Under the pieces are notes generated by a model that saw nothing but the letters and a program-made list of their open reading frames with translations, ran no database searches and was not told the DNA's origin. Below are positions 39,784 through 50,914 of a DNA stretch of 64,000 nt, in pieces. The first letter of the stretch is position 1; each line of letters opens with the position of its first letter. The stretch is from an uncultured Gammaproteobacteria bacterium (GTDB taxonomy: Bacteria > Pseudomonadota > Gammaproteobacteria > UBA6002). The position numbers and the translations under genes are program-made. The stretch covers positions 12,264-76,263 of the forward strand of contig CAVPKM010000010.1 in the NCBI GenBank assembly GCA_963705725.1, written 5' to 3'.

Positions 39784-41288
39784 ATAATTTTGTGTAAGCA
39801 GGTTGAGTCAGCAGATTTTTTGCTACCGAATTCCAGATAGCGAAATTAAAATAACAAAAATTTTTTAAATAAACAAATAAAATTATTGTGCCTGTGGGTA
39901 TGTGCGCAATACTGACGAGTGCAACGAGTCAGTTTGTGCATATATCCACAGGCGATCGAAGGCACAAAATTTTAAATCAGTTCTTAAACTAAATCGCTCC
40001 TTTTAGCCTGTCTTCGAACAGGATCATAAAACGATTCATGGCATCACCCCAATTTCGTATTGGCATTGTCCATTTTTTTGAAATATTTTTAAGCGCTAAA
40101 TATAGCTGCTTCAAAGCCGCATCATCCGAAGGAAAAACGCGCTTACTTTTAATAACCTTCCGAAGGCTCATATTCACGGATTCAACTGCATTCGTAGTAT
40201 AAATCGCGCGACGAATTTCAGAAGAGTAGCCAAAAAAAGGCGTGACATTTTCCCAGTGAGTCAGCCAGCTTTTACTGATAGAAGGGTAATGCTCGTCCCA
40301 CTTCTCGGAAAAAGTAGCGAGACATAATTCGGCTTCATCGAGTGTCTTTGCGCCATAAATCGTTTTTAAATCCGCCGCCACTTGCTTACGGCTTTTCCAA
40401 GGAACATAGCGTAGTGAATTTCGAATCATATGAACAATGCAAAGTTGAACCTGGGTCTTGGGAAATACCGTTGAAATGGCATCAGGAAAGCCCGTAAGGC
40501 CATCAACGCAAGCAATCAAAATATCTCCCACACCACGATGCTGCAATTCAGATAACACATTGAGCCAAAATTTTGAACTTTCCGTTTGGCTAATCCAAAT
40601 TCCCAGTAATTCTTTTTGCCCTTCAAGATCTACACCCAAAGCAAGATAAAAGGCTTTGTTAATCACTCGCTTATCTTCTTTAACTTTGATCATTAAGGCA
40701 TCAAAGTAAACAATGGGATAAAGTTTATCAGGGACGACACTGCCAAGTTTTCACTTCCTCAATGACTTCGTTGGTCACATTGGAAATGAAAGTAGGAGAG
40801 ACTTCTACCCCATAGAGCTCTTGCAATTGCCCCTGTATATCACGTGTCGTCATCCCTCTCGCATAAAGGCTGATGATTTTGTCATCAAACCCTTCAAAAC
40901 GCGTTTGGTTCTTAGCAACAATCTGGGGAGAAAAATCTGCATTTCGATCTCTGGGTACCTGGATAGTAAATTCGCCATTTTCGCCCTTTAAAGTTTTTTC
41001 TGAATATCCATTTCGAGAATTGCCGCTATTCTTACCTTTAGCCTCATTTTTCTCGTAGCCCAAGTGGCTGCTCATCTCTCCTTGCATGGCCCTTTCCAAA
41101 AGTGCCTTCGTCAAGTTTTTCAGAAGACCTCCTTCGCCAAACATATCTTCTTGGGTTTTGCAGTCCTTAATCAAATTATCTATCATTTGCGGATCAAATG
41201 AAGTGAGTTTTGTCGCCATAGTCAGTACTCCTTGTTTCAGTTAGTTTATACTGACTAAATCCAGTTACACAAAAAATTTTACAGCCTC
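39774..41288 (-). mobile_element. IS256-family element, copy 2 (inverted)
   Basis: Reverse complement of 33202..34716; no TSD. Confidence 0.93.
39989..41219 (-). pseudogene. IS256 transposase with the same CCC-TGA frameshift
   Basis: Two ORFs identical to those of copy 1. Confidence 0.9.
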
Positions 41289-42392
41289 CGTTATTCAATC
41301 TGTTTCTGAACTTATTTCTAGTGTTTATGCTGCTCTGGTGCATAACTTAGAAGAGCGAAAATTAATCAGAAATGGTCCTTTTGATACTGCTCCTTGTAAA
41401 GGTTCAACATTATTAGATTTAAATGAAGAGAGTATGGCTGCTTTTTTACGTCGAGCAAAGCGGGGACGGGGATTTCCCTTACCTATTGATTCTGTTTCTT
41501 TTGAATTATTGTCTCATTTGAATTTGCTAGATGGAAATACCCCAACGCATGTGGCCGTATTACTCTTTGGCAAGCAACCACAACGATTTATCATATTATC
41601 CGAGGTAAAATGTGCCCATTTTCATGGAACAGAAATCGCAAAACCTATTCCCTCTTATCAGGTATATAAAGGAACACTATTTTCGTTAGTCGATCAAGCG
41701 ATTGATTTTGTGATGTCTAAAATTAATCTTTGGGTAGGAACTAGAGAGGGTGGGGCAGAAGTACCTGTTTCTGATGAAATCCCTCAGGAAGTTGTGGCAG
41801 AAGCCATCGTAAATGCCGTTGCCCACCGTAGTTACGACAGTAATGGAAGTGTACAGTTATGTTATTTGCAGATCGACTGGAGATATGGAACCCAGGGGGA
41901 TTGCCACCTTCCTTAACCCTAGAAAAATTACGCCATCCACATGGTTCTGTTCCAAGAAACCCCTTGCTTGCAGAATCGTTGTATTTAACGAAATATATTG
42001 AACGTATGGGAACTGGCACTGGCGATATGATTCGTCGTTGTTCTGAAGTAGGATTACCAGAGCCTAAATTCTCTATATCTGATGGATTCAAAACCACTAT
42101 TTGGCGTAAATCATTAACTGTGACCGGACAAGTGACCGGACAAGTCGATCCATGGATTGAGCGAATACTAAGAGGATGTGCATTAAGAGGAGAACTGAAA
42201 AGTATAGAGCTGCAAAAACTAGCAGGGATCAGACATCGTGAGACTTTTCAACGTAATTATCTTGATTTCTTACTCAATGAACAATTGATAGAGCGTACTA
42301 TCTCCGATAAACCCAAAAGTCGGTTGCAGAAATATCGTTTGTCAGGAAAGGGAAAAAGTTTATTAGAAAGTCTAACCAAAAATGAAAAATAA
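41289..42392 (+). pseudogene. RecG-like HATPase_c_4 / HTH regulator, 5'-truncated and frameshifted near 41855
   Basis: EAIVNAVAHRSY, DRLEIWNPGGLP, PRNP, IERMGTG and PKSRLQKY motifs split across two frames. Confidence 0.82.
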
Positions 42393-42511
42393 AATCTGCT
42401 AGTTAGTCTCGCAAATGGTAGCAGCCAAAGTTATTTAGGTTTTTCAGCAGCGTGCAGGTAACTGAAGCTTGGATAGTGTCAAAACTAATTTAGATAAGTC
42501 ATACTCATCAG

Positions 42512-42620
42512 ATGGGTATTATTAAATTAACACAATTGCCAGAAGGGCAAACCTTAGAATTTAAAAGAGATACTTCTTCGTTGGATGGATTCTAAAAACT
42601 GTGATTGGATTCGCTAATTC
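42512..42620 (+). pseudogene. AlbA_2/Schlafen domain N-terminal fragment
   Basis: PEGQTLEFKRD, then LKTVIGFANS after a frameshift. Confidence 0.6.
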
Positions 42621-42859
42621 GCCCGCATCTGCTGTTGATCTAAGCGGTCTAAACCCTTGAGCACTTTTATCCTCTAGCATTTCTGCTCTGGGTTCCAGTG
42701 CCAGCAAATGTAGCGTTTGGTGTGTTCGACAGTTTAGCGTTGGAATGCTAAGTGGTCTCAGTTTTTCTCTTTGCTTTTTAGAGATATAAATTCGGGTTTG
42801 TTACTATTCAACACAGATAATGTAGATATTTTATAATTGTATTCAACTAGGAGGTTTTA

Positions 42860-42972
42860 ATGGAAGGTCATCATCCTCAGGATAAGTTAACTATTGTAGG
42901 TGGTGGTATTGTTGGAGCTTTGGAAGCATATTTTGCTTATCTTGATGCTCAAAAGTCCGGCAAAAAATCCGT
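42860..42972 (+). pseudogene. FAD-dependent oxidoreductase N-terminal fragment
   Basis: GGAGG RBS, then MEGHHPQDKLTIVGGGIVGALEAY (GxGxxG). Confidence 0.6.
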
Positions 42973-43255
42973 GTTGTACATAGCCACAAACGGCATTCTC
43001 AATTAGCTCTTGCGCTAAGGTATTGACTGCATCGTCTTGGATAGCAAAATTTCGAATTACCTTTTCTATTAGGGCATTGACTTCTTGTGCCTGCCCGCCT
43101 ATCGCATAGCCTCGAACAGCCGAATCTCGGCTTGCTTTACAAGGGTTGATTAAAAAATCAACCGACTCTATATCCCCTTGTTCTGCAAGTAAACCAATAG
43201 CATTTTGCATGCCTTGAGTAAAATCTAAACAAATTCCTTGGCCAACCAAGGTCAT
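42970..43255 (-). pseudogene. Ankyrin-like helical repeat protein remnant
   Basis: AVRGYAIGGQAQEVNALI and AVCGYVQHG repeats. Confidence 0.5.
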
Positions 43256-43492
43256 TAGCGCAGCTTATTTTTATCTCTGGCTAATTGACAAATGTCGTTT
43301 AGCGAAATTGCTGATTGATGTGGGTACTCTGGCATCATTAAACATTAAAATTCACCTTAAGATTAAAAAATTATTTTAGCAACTAGCACTTAACCTGGTT
43401 GAATTGATGTCAGCGTTATCTTTAAAAAAAATAGAACTAAACTTAAGCAAAATTATTTAAATCCGTTGATAGAGCAGGAGTGCTGTGCATAA

Positions 43493-43996
43493 CTATTCTT
43501 GTCTACCATCCGGTTTCGCAATAGGCTTTTTGTGTGAAGTTATTTTCATGATAGAAACGGGATAATCATTGAGCGAGTCGTGTCCTATTAATTCCCAACC
43601 CAGCTTTTGGTAATATGTTAGCAATGCCGTTTCAAAAGTAAGCAAGTAAAGATGATTAAAACCCATATTTTTAGCTATATTTTTTATTGCTTCAATCAGT
43701 TTTTCCCCTACCTGTTGTTTTCGGTGAGTGGGTCTCACATAGAGCGAGCCAAGCCAAGGGGTGAGTTCTGGTCTGATCCCATCTGAATTTCTCAGTGAGC
43801 ACATTCCAATCAGCTCGTCATTTTTATTCAACGCAATTAATGTCAGTGGTAATGTGTCAACGTGACAATGTGTCTTAAATTTTTCAATTTGATTTTTTCT
43901 CGTTGCTTGAGGATTATATTTTGACCAAGTTTCAAAAGACCACTTGCCAAGGGCGGCCATGTATTCTTGATAATCTTTCAAATAGGCAATTTTCAT
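43493..43996 (-). CDS. GNAT acetyltransferase
   Basis: PWLGSLYVRPTHRKQQVGEKLI, LYLLT and YYQKLGW motifs. Confidence 0.9.
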   Translation of the reverse strand: MKIAYLKDYQEYMAALGKWSFETWSKYNPQATRKNQIEKFKTHCHVDTLPLTLIALNKNDELIGMCSLRNSDGIRPELTPWLGSLYVRPTHRKQQVGEKLIEAIKNIAKNMGFNHLYLLTFETALLTYYQKLGWELIGHDSLNDYPVSIMKITSHKKPIAKPDGRQE

Positions 43997-44115
43997 TTTA
44001 ATCCTTGGTGATTTTGGATGAATGATAACAAAAGATTGGGTTAAAAAATATCAATTATTCACAAATTTAATCTTTATGATATAATGCGCTGACTATTTAA
44101 TTTAAGAGGTCTGTT

Positions 44116-44400
44116 ATGAAATTGTTTTTTGAAAAATTGCCAAGCGATGACTCAACTCTAGAAAATCGTAGTGATTTACTCCAAACTGAAAACGCCGTTT
44201 ATGGCTATGCGAGAGGCGGCCATGTCCAAGAAGTCAATGCCTTATTAGCGCAAGAATGGGCAAACAGAAATATCGATAAAATTAGAAAAGTTAGGAGTCA
44301 GGCAATATCATTAGAAGCTAACCTTGATGATATAAATTCAGAGCCGTTTAATTTTATTGAGGATACATCAGAAGATCAAACCAATTTAAACACATTTTAG
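44116..44400 (+). pseudogene. Short ORF with one ankyrin-like repeat
   Basis: AVYGYARGGHVQEVNALL, homologous to the repeat at about 43070..43125. Confidence 0.45.
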
Positions 44401-44644
44401 TCTAATACCTCAATTTCTAATTGTTTTTTCCCAAAGTAATGGACTCATCCACCTTTTACTAGGCGTTTTAATGCGCCAAAATGATGAAGTCAAAATTTTA
44501 TCATTTATTAAAGACGGAGAGTCTAATACGATTATAACTTCGCCTGAATATGTAGACTTAACATCATTTTTTCAGGTGTGTAATTTTTTGATGATGCGTA
44601 ATATTCCGATATTTTCACAATGCAATATGTATATGTAATGTTTG

Positions 44645-45649
44645 CTATTCATTTTTCATAGCCACCAATTGATGTAAAACATTTTTTGCTGCATTTTCGC
44701 TAAAACGTTCACTGGCTTCAATATATTCCATTACCGTATTGACTCGTTTCCATCGTCCAGCACACATAATGGTTTTTATAGATGCATTAGCTGACGCTGC
44801 GCTTGTTGCGAGTCCTCGACGTAAACTATGTGGCGTGATCTTCTCTGCATTTGGAAGATTGGCAAGTAAAGCAGAACGGCGAATAATATGATTGACTGAT
44901 AAAGGGGTGAGCGCTTGATTACTTACCATTTGATTTCTCATGATGCGCCTAAAAATAGCTCCAACTGTTATATTCGATTTTGCCAGCCAGGCTTTTAATG
45001 CTTTGATGGGACAGAGTACCTCATTCCCATAAGGAATCGCACAATATTGTCCTTCATGAGTTTGGTCTGTTTTGGATAGGGGTAAGAGGATTTCAATGCC
45101 TTCATTTATCCAGTTGATGTGTTCGTAACGAATATTAATGATCTCACTACGCCTAAGCGCACCAAAAAAACCGATTTGTAAAATGGCATTGTCACGGATT
45201 GAGCGTAGTGACGACTCCTGCGATAAAGCACTCACCACCTTTTGCAAATCTTCTGGTGTGAGAGCCGGCGCTTTGTCTTTGGGTTTGCCATGTACACGGA
45301 TAATCCCGATCATGGTTTTTGTCACTAAAGGATGCGAAGTAGGGTCAGTAAACCCTTGGTATTGATGCCAGTGTTTTAGGGCGACCAAGCGACGTGAAAG
45401 GGTGCGCGTGTTGAGTTTTTCAGCAAAATTTTGTAGATAGTGAATGAGGTGTTGAGGGGTCGCCGGGAGCACGCCGCCCGATTGCTCATAGTGTTTGATA
45501 TCACTGCGGTAGGCTTTTCGTGTATTTTCGCTTGTCGCCGCCGCCAGATAAGGATTGCTGATACCCATTGGGTATGCTTGAGGGCGGTGAAGCACGACGT
45601 TTGAAAGCGCTTCTGTCAACTCATTGACATTTTCGACGTTATTCCCCAT
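44645..45649 (-). CDS. Tyrosine recombinase (Cre/TnpS-like cointegrate resolvase)
   Basis: SENTRKAY, RDNAIL...LRRSE, SKTDQ, HSLRRG and GRW...VMEY catalytic motifs. Confidence 0.92.
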   Translation of the reverse strand: MGNNVENVNELTEALSNVVLHRPQAYPMGISNPYLAAATSENTRKAYRSDIKHYEQSGGVLPATPQHLIHYLQNFAEKLNTRTLSRRLVALKHWHQYQGFTDPTSHPLVTKTMIGIIRVHGKPKDKAPALTPEDLQKVVSALSQESSLRSIRDNAILQIGFFGALRRSEIINIRYEHINWINEGIEILLPLSKTDQTHEGQYCAIPYGNEVLCPIKALKAWLAKSNITVGAIFRRIMRNQMVSNQALTPLSVNHIIRRSALLANLPNAEKITPHSLRRGLATSAASANASIKTIMCAGRWKRVNTVMEYIEASERFSENAAKNVLHQLVAMKNE

Positions 45650-45712
45650 AAAGCGTGAATCCCTGTTTTATTCCCATTTTCATAGCATGATAACAGAGTC
45701 ATTTTTCTATCA

Positions 45713-45738
45713 CTATAGATAATGATCCTTATCGATAG
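45713..45738. promoter_or_regulatory. Putative recombinase core (res) site
   Basis: CTATAGATAA-6bp-TTATCGATAG inverted repeat between the divergent TnpS- and TnpT-like genes. Confidence 0.6.
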
Positions 45739-45831
45739 CTTATTTTATTTTATATTGTGATGGATTAAGCCATAAAAAAACATTAAATTACATCATACGT
45801 TTTGTGATGAATAAAAATTGGAGTACATGTT

Positions 45832-46893
45832 ATGGGAAGGAATGGCGTGACGCATGAGGATGTCGCCAAGGCGGCGGCGTCCTTGACCGCAGAGGGCAAA
45901 TCCCCCACCATTGAAAATGTTCGCTTGATCACCCGCATGGGCAGTAGTACCACGATTGCGCGTCATTTAAAGGCCTGGAAAGAGAACGCGCTGCAAACGA
46001 AGCGTCTTTTAAATAAAAACGAATTACCCGAAGCGATGATGGCAACCATACAGGGCCTTTGGACTGGGCTGGTCAATCAAGCGGAAGAAAAAATCGCTGT
46101 GATTTCGACGGCATTCGAACAACAGCTTCAATCACTCACTGCTGAGCAAAATCAACTTCAAACACAGCATCATCACTTAGCACAGAAACATCACCACCTC
46201 CAGCAAGCACACGGCGTATTACTTAGTGAAAAGAATCACTTAGAACGCGCTATTCAACAGCTTGAACAAGAAAAGTGTGAACTTGGTTTTCAACATGAAC
46301 ATCAAACCACCCAACTTGCCGAAAAAGACGAACGGATTCTGGAGCTGCAACAACTCAATCGGCAAGTGCAAGCGAATTTAGAGCATTATCGAGAAGCCTC
46401 ACGCGAACAACGCCTGCAAGATCAAGCGCATTTTGATCAGTTCAAAGCGGAATCCGAAAATGCCGTTAAATTGCTACAACAAACGCTTACCCTCAGCAAT
46501 GAGGAAAAACAAAGGATCCTGCTAGTGAGGACACAGCTCGAGACGACCAATGACAATTTACGGGCACAAAATACGGACTTGAATCAAAAAATGGAAACGT
46601 TAACCCGTGAATATCACCAAATTAAACAAGACTTGCTTTGCCAGGCTCAAGCAAAAATGCGTGTTGAAAGCGACCATCAAGCAGCACAGCAAAAAAATGA
46701 GCAGCAAGCGCTGCTGATTGCTAAACTGACCACGGAAGGGGCGGTTATGGCTCAGAAATTGGTAGATATCGGAACGGCCCTACAAGATAGTCAGGATCAA
46801 AACAAACTGCTTGCCAGCGAAAAATGGGTGCTGGGCCAAGAGAAGGCGCAGTTAATGGGTGCGTTAAAACAGCTGGATGAAACACAATCGTAA
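45832..46893 (+). CDS. KfrA_N / TnpT-like DNA-binding coiled-coil protein
   Basis: GVTHEDVAKAA..L...GKSPTIENVR....GSSTTIARHLKAW followed by a coiled coil. Confidence 0.85.
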   Translation: MGRNGVTHEDVAKAAASLTAEGKSPTIENVRLITRMGSSTTIARHLKAWKENALQTKRLLNKNELPEAMMATIQGLWTGLVNQAEEKIAVISTAFEQQLQSLTAEQNQLQTQHHHLAQKHHHLQQAHGVLLSEKNHLERAIQQLEQEKCELGFQHEHQTTQLAEKDERILELQQLNRQVQANLEHYREASREQRLQDQAHFDQFKAESENAVKLLQQTLTLSNEEKQRILLVRTQLETTNDNLRAQNTDLNQKMETLTREYHQIKQDLLCQAQAKMRVESDHQAAQQKNEQQALLIAKLTTEGAVMAQKLVDIGTALQDSQDQNKLLASEKWVLGQEKAQLMGALKQLDETQS

Positions 46894-47159
46894 ATAGCTT
46901 CCTAAAATCCGACAAGGCTAGCAAAGGCCCGTTCGATTGATTGAGAGCACGCTCTTCAACCTTTGATAATGCTCACAAGTGTAGAAACTTTCACAATCTA
47001 TGTAATCTGACAAAGGATTGAAAAAAGTAAGGTTACCCGCTTTAATGGTTATCGAAAGTACCAAACTAACCTGGGTATTTCATGAAATATCCAGGCTAAC
47101 CCATTTCTTTCATTAAAAACTTAATCTAGTTAAGCTTTTTTAAAACTAAAATATGCTGA

Positions 47160-47360
47160 TTGCCCTTGACAGGTCTGGCTTTGAAATGTGTCATGACTTT
47201 TTTCAACTGATCCATTTTCATGGCTGACGCCAGGATTATTTGTCGTTGGTGTCACTGCATAGTGCGCCATAAATTGCTGCCAACGATCTGTAAATTCCCG
47301 TTGACTGCCCATGGCTTGTGTCGCCGCTGTTAAATTATCCGTACGATGTTCAGGAGCAAC
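47160..47360 (-). pseudogene. IS21 IstA transposase fragment
   Basis: HRTDNLTAA...HY...NNPGVSHENGSVEKSH. Confidence 0.75.
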
Positions 47361-47615
47361 ATTTTTCAGATTTTTTACTAATTCATCCAAATCGTCAACT
47401 TCAAACGCAACGCTCCCACCTGAGTTTGAACTTGGTTTAACGCCTTCAGCCAATGTGGTAATTGCAAAATATCCGCCACCAGGAAGATCCTATTCAACCC
47501 AAGAACCATTTGCAGAAATTTTACTTGGCGTCAAACCCACAATTTTTTTCATAGAAATTTTTTGCGCGATTAATATTAAGAACTGGGTACATGGTAAAAG
47601 CAACTTTTGTAACAT
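47361..47615 (-). pseudogene. VOC/glyoxalase family remnant
   Basis: AFTMYPV...RAKNFYE...WVE*DLP...SVAFEVDDLD with frameshift and internal stop. Confidence 0.65.
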
Positions 47616-47912
47616 ACCAAATAACTCCTTAATAAATTATTCTTCTGCATCTTTACTAATAACAGATAACTTTTTCTTCAATTCAAGCCGACGCAATTCT
47701 TTATAACGATCGCTAGACTGAAACTCTTTAGCGTAATCAATCATGTCGTGTATCTCAGCATCTTTTTTCTTATCAAATATTTCTGGGCATTTATTTTTTA
47801 ACTCTAGCAATTTTGTCAGATTACACTCTCGCATTGCATGATGCTTTTCGTATACAATGCAATCGCATCGTTAACCGGCATTTCATCTAAAGATTTTCAT
47901 ATTCAATTCTCA

Positions 47913-47976
47913 TCTTGGCCCCTTTGGCCCCATTATGGCCCCTTTCTTGGCCCCTTTGGCCCCATTATGATGACCC
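47913..47976. repeat. TGGCCCC tandem cluster (25-bp duplication)
   Basis: TCTTGGCCCCTTTGGCCCCATTATG at 47913 and 47945. Confidence 0.7.
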
Positions 47977-49336
47977 CTTCAACCGATAGGTAGATCCTCG
48001 ACCAGTGCTTTCTGATGTCAATATTCCTTTATTTTTCAAGTCAGTTAGCTCTCTGGTTGCTGTTCGCTTTGAAACTTCAGCTATAGTTTGATATTCGCCA
48101 TTCGTGATACTGCCATGTTCTTTTACATACGCGATCGCCTTAAGCTGTCGATCAGATAAATCCATTTTTTGAAGCTCTTCTTCGCTCAGCAATTCCCTAT
48201 TAAAAGTAACGCGAAAACGACCTGATTCAGATTCAAATTGTGGAGGTGGAAGTCCAGCTGCTTTTAGTTCTTCAACCATTCTAAGAGTGCCACTACCCCA
48301 TCGTTCAATTAACCCCGAGTAAAAAAATGCTTCTGCAATTTTCCGATTTCTCGGCATAGAATCATGCTCATGAAACAACTCTTCTGGTGTTAAAGCCGGA
48401 GGCAAACTACCCGCATTCCAAATTTCTAAATGTTCGTCATATAGCCTGATTTGGCTGTGAGCTAGACTCGTGTAATCGCGATGGCAAACAGCATTAGTAA
48501 CAGCTTCGCGGATAGCCGCTAAAGGATACTCCCAATGCACATCTCGCTCTGGCTTTCCCGTTATAACAAACTCAGTCTCAAGTCGCTCTTTAAACCAGCT
48601 CATTGCCCCATCTAATTGCTCAATGATTTTTCCATGAATTTCCCGATCATCAACAATCTGAGTCGGCGATCGAAACCGTCCAAGCTTCAAAAATGCAGAA
48701 GAGAAAAACGACTCGGGGTTAGATCCGAAAAGCAGTAATGCCGCACGCGTAGGAGTTTCATCTTTAACAAGCTCTAATTTGCGTATCACATCCTGGTCTG
48801 TGGCTTGAGCTGGGATTGGCAATCGACCTTTTTCTTTAACGGTTTGCACAAATCGGCTTATATAATCAGCATCCAAATCCGCTAAAGTAGCTGTTGGTTC
48901 AATAGTGGCATCCCAGCTTAATCCTGTGCTTGCAACCATGCGCCGCATAATCTCATCATGACCCATGCGCTGATTACTTTTTCCTGTTCGCTTAAAATAA
49001 CGACCACGAACGCTAACTGGTGCTCCTATTGCCGGGGATACCTGAATAACAATTATTTGCTTATTCTCTTGCTTCACAATCAATATTTCTGGTTGAATAC
49101 GAGGATCGGTAGCTTCCTGAATTCGATTTGCAATATCTTCCAATGTTTTTTTGCCAATCTGAACTCCCAAAACATCGCCAGAATCTCTTACTCCAATAAA
49201 AAGAATACCCCCGCGCATTTGCAAAAGCACCAATAGCCTCAAGAGCCTCTTCTCCAAAAGATTCTTTAAACTCGACTGTCTCTGACTCGCCAGTGGAAAT
49301 TAAATCAAATATTTTCTCTTTAGTTATCTCAATCAC
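47965..49336 (-). pseudogene. AlbA_2 (Schlafen) + HATPase_c_4 + wHTH protein, frameshifted in a G run near 49210
   Basis: GESETVEFKES...AFAN in one frame; GGILFIGVRD...REAVTNAVCHRDY...IERWGSG in the other. Confidence 0.82.
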
Positions 49337-49365
49337 TCTTAATTCCTTTCAACGTCGCTCTATGT

Positions 49366-49923
49366 CTATTTTACTTCAATATGCTCTACAAGCCATTCGG
49401 CTTCATCCAATGAATTAACATGAATAATTACTTTTCCTTCACCTTTGCTATTAAATTGAATGTTAACTTTTGATGACAATCGTTCTGATGAAATCCTGCG
49501 TAAATATAGTGTTTTATGAGAATTATCTGGTGTTAGGTGCTCAGTTTCAAGCGGAGATAGTTTATATCTGTTAACTAACTTTTCTGTTTCCCGAACAGAT
49601 AATTGCCCTTCAACTATTTTCTTTGCGATTTCTAGCTGTTGGTTCTCATTCAAGGTAAGCAACGCTCGTGCATGACCCATATCTAACAACCCATCTTTAA
49701 GCATAATTTTTACTTCATCTGGCAGCTCCAACAATCGTAATAGATTAGTTACTGTAGTCCGGGATTTACCTATAGAGTCGGCAACGGAATTATGAGTCAT
49801 CGAAAATTCTTCAATTAGCTGATAAATTGCCATTGCTTCTTCTATCGAATTTAAATTTTCTCTTTGGATATTTTCAATTAAAGCGACGGACATAATATCT
49901 TGTTTGCTATAGTCCTTTATTAT
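49366..49923 (-). pseudogene. parB: ParB/Spo0J C-terminal half, 5' part lost at the MITE
   Basis: ALIENIQRENLNSIEEA, GKSRTTVTNLLRLL, MGHARALL and LSVRETEKLV motifs; GERR CTPase motif absent. Confidence 0.85.
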
Positions 49924-50286
49924 AGTTAATCAGCACCACAAAGTAGCCAATCGAACCGCAGCATAAAGGGACCACTAGATCAGCAACATAAAGGAACCAG
50001 TGGAGCCGCAGCATAAAGGGACCACCCGAACCGCAGCATAAAGGATCCACTTTTCGTGTCGAACTTTCGAAAAACTCATTAAATTTTCTCTGCTTATAAA
50101 TTTTAACAAGTAGAGGAAATCAGGATGACCAACCGGAGGTTTGCAATGTATCAATACAGACATATCATTTTTCGTTTACGCGCAGGAGAGACAATTTGAA
50201 ATAAACCCTTTTTTAACCAAAAATAAATACCGTTCGACACGGTTTTTTGCCAGTTCTAAGTGGTCCCTTTATGCTGCTGATTGACA
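49924..50286. mobile_element. Non-autonomous IS21-like MITE (363 bp)
   Basis: Five 25-bp-periodic GCAGCATAAAGGGACCAC-type units at 49933..50050; one inverted unit ending in TTGACA at 50286; no transposase. Confidence 0.7.
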
Positions 50287-50401
50287 AGCTGTTTCTTGAC
50301 GTTTATTTTTGTAGCTTGCTTATTTGACATGCGCGATTTTCTATCTACTAATATTGATTGACATTATAATCTAATCTCACTGCAACAATAAAGATAATCA
50401 A

Positions 50402-50914
50402 ATGACAAGCATTAAAACACGCAGTATTTTATTTATTTTTTTCAGCTTAATTTTTATCTGTCTGGTTAAATCTTCGATGATTATCAATTTAACACCGAGC
50501 ATGCCTTTGGGGATTTATTTTGAAAAAAAGAAAAATATAATCGAACAGGGAGATATTGTGGCTGCTTGTCTTCCTTCTAAATTACGAGAAGAAGCGTTGC
50601 AAAGAGGATATGTTTTAAAAGGACTTTACTGTCAAGGCACCACTCCGCTGATTAAAATAGTGGTTGCTTGTCCAGGTGATCGTGTCAGTATTTTTAATAA
50701 TCGCATCGTGGTTAATGGCATCACCCATCCTATAAAAAAATTCTTGCTGGATTATCAGGGAAGATCTCTTACGCTTTATCCAAATGGAGATTACCGCTCA
50801 ACAGGTTTTTGGTTAATTGGAAAAACGAGTGAACGCTCATGGGATTCTCGCTATTTTGGCGAATTGAAGCCGAAGCAAATACTTTGTGTGCTTCAGCCCC
50901 TGCTTACTTGGTAA
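50402..50914 (+). CDS. traF: Conjugative S26 peptidase TraF (pilin processing)
   Basis: NLTPSMPLGIY (Ser), LIK.V...PGD and SWDSRYFG motifs. Confidence 0.9.
   Translation: MTSIKTRSILFIFFSLIFICLVKSSMIINLTPSMPLGIYFEKKKNIIEQGDIVAACLPSKLREEALQRGYVLKGLYCQGTTPLIKIVVACPGDRVSIFNNRIVVNGITHPIKKFLLDYQGRSLTLYPNGDYRSTGFWLIGKTSERSWDSRYFGELKPKQILCVLQPLLTW

Noticed and set aside
42120-42146. 12-bp tandem repeat GTGACCGGACAA
   Set aside because: Ordinary low-complexity linker (TGQVTGQV) common in RecG-like HTH regulators
47070-47095. 26-bp near-perfect palindrome CCTGGGTATTTCATGAAATATCCAGG
   Set aside because: Single copy with no assignable partner or U-tail; function cannot be supported
49200-49220. Programmed phase variation at the G run in the AlbA_2 gene (and the A run in IS66 tnpA)
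   Set aside because: Runs are short; simple decay or homopolymer sequencing error cannot be excluded without reads
49933-50050. Possible mini-CRISPR array
   Set aside because: Period is only 25 bp with ~7-bp spacers, there is an inverted terminal copy, and no cas genes are present; fits IS21 ends
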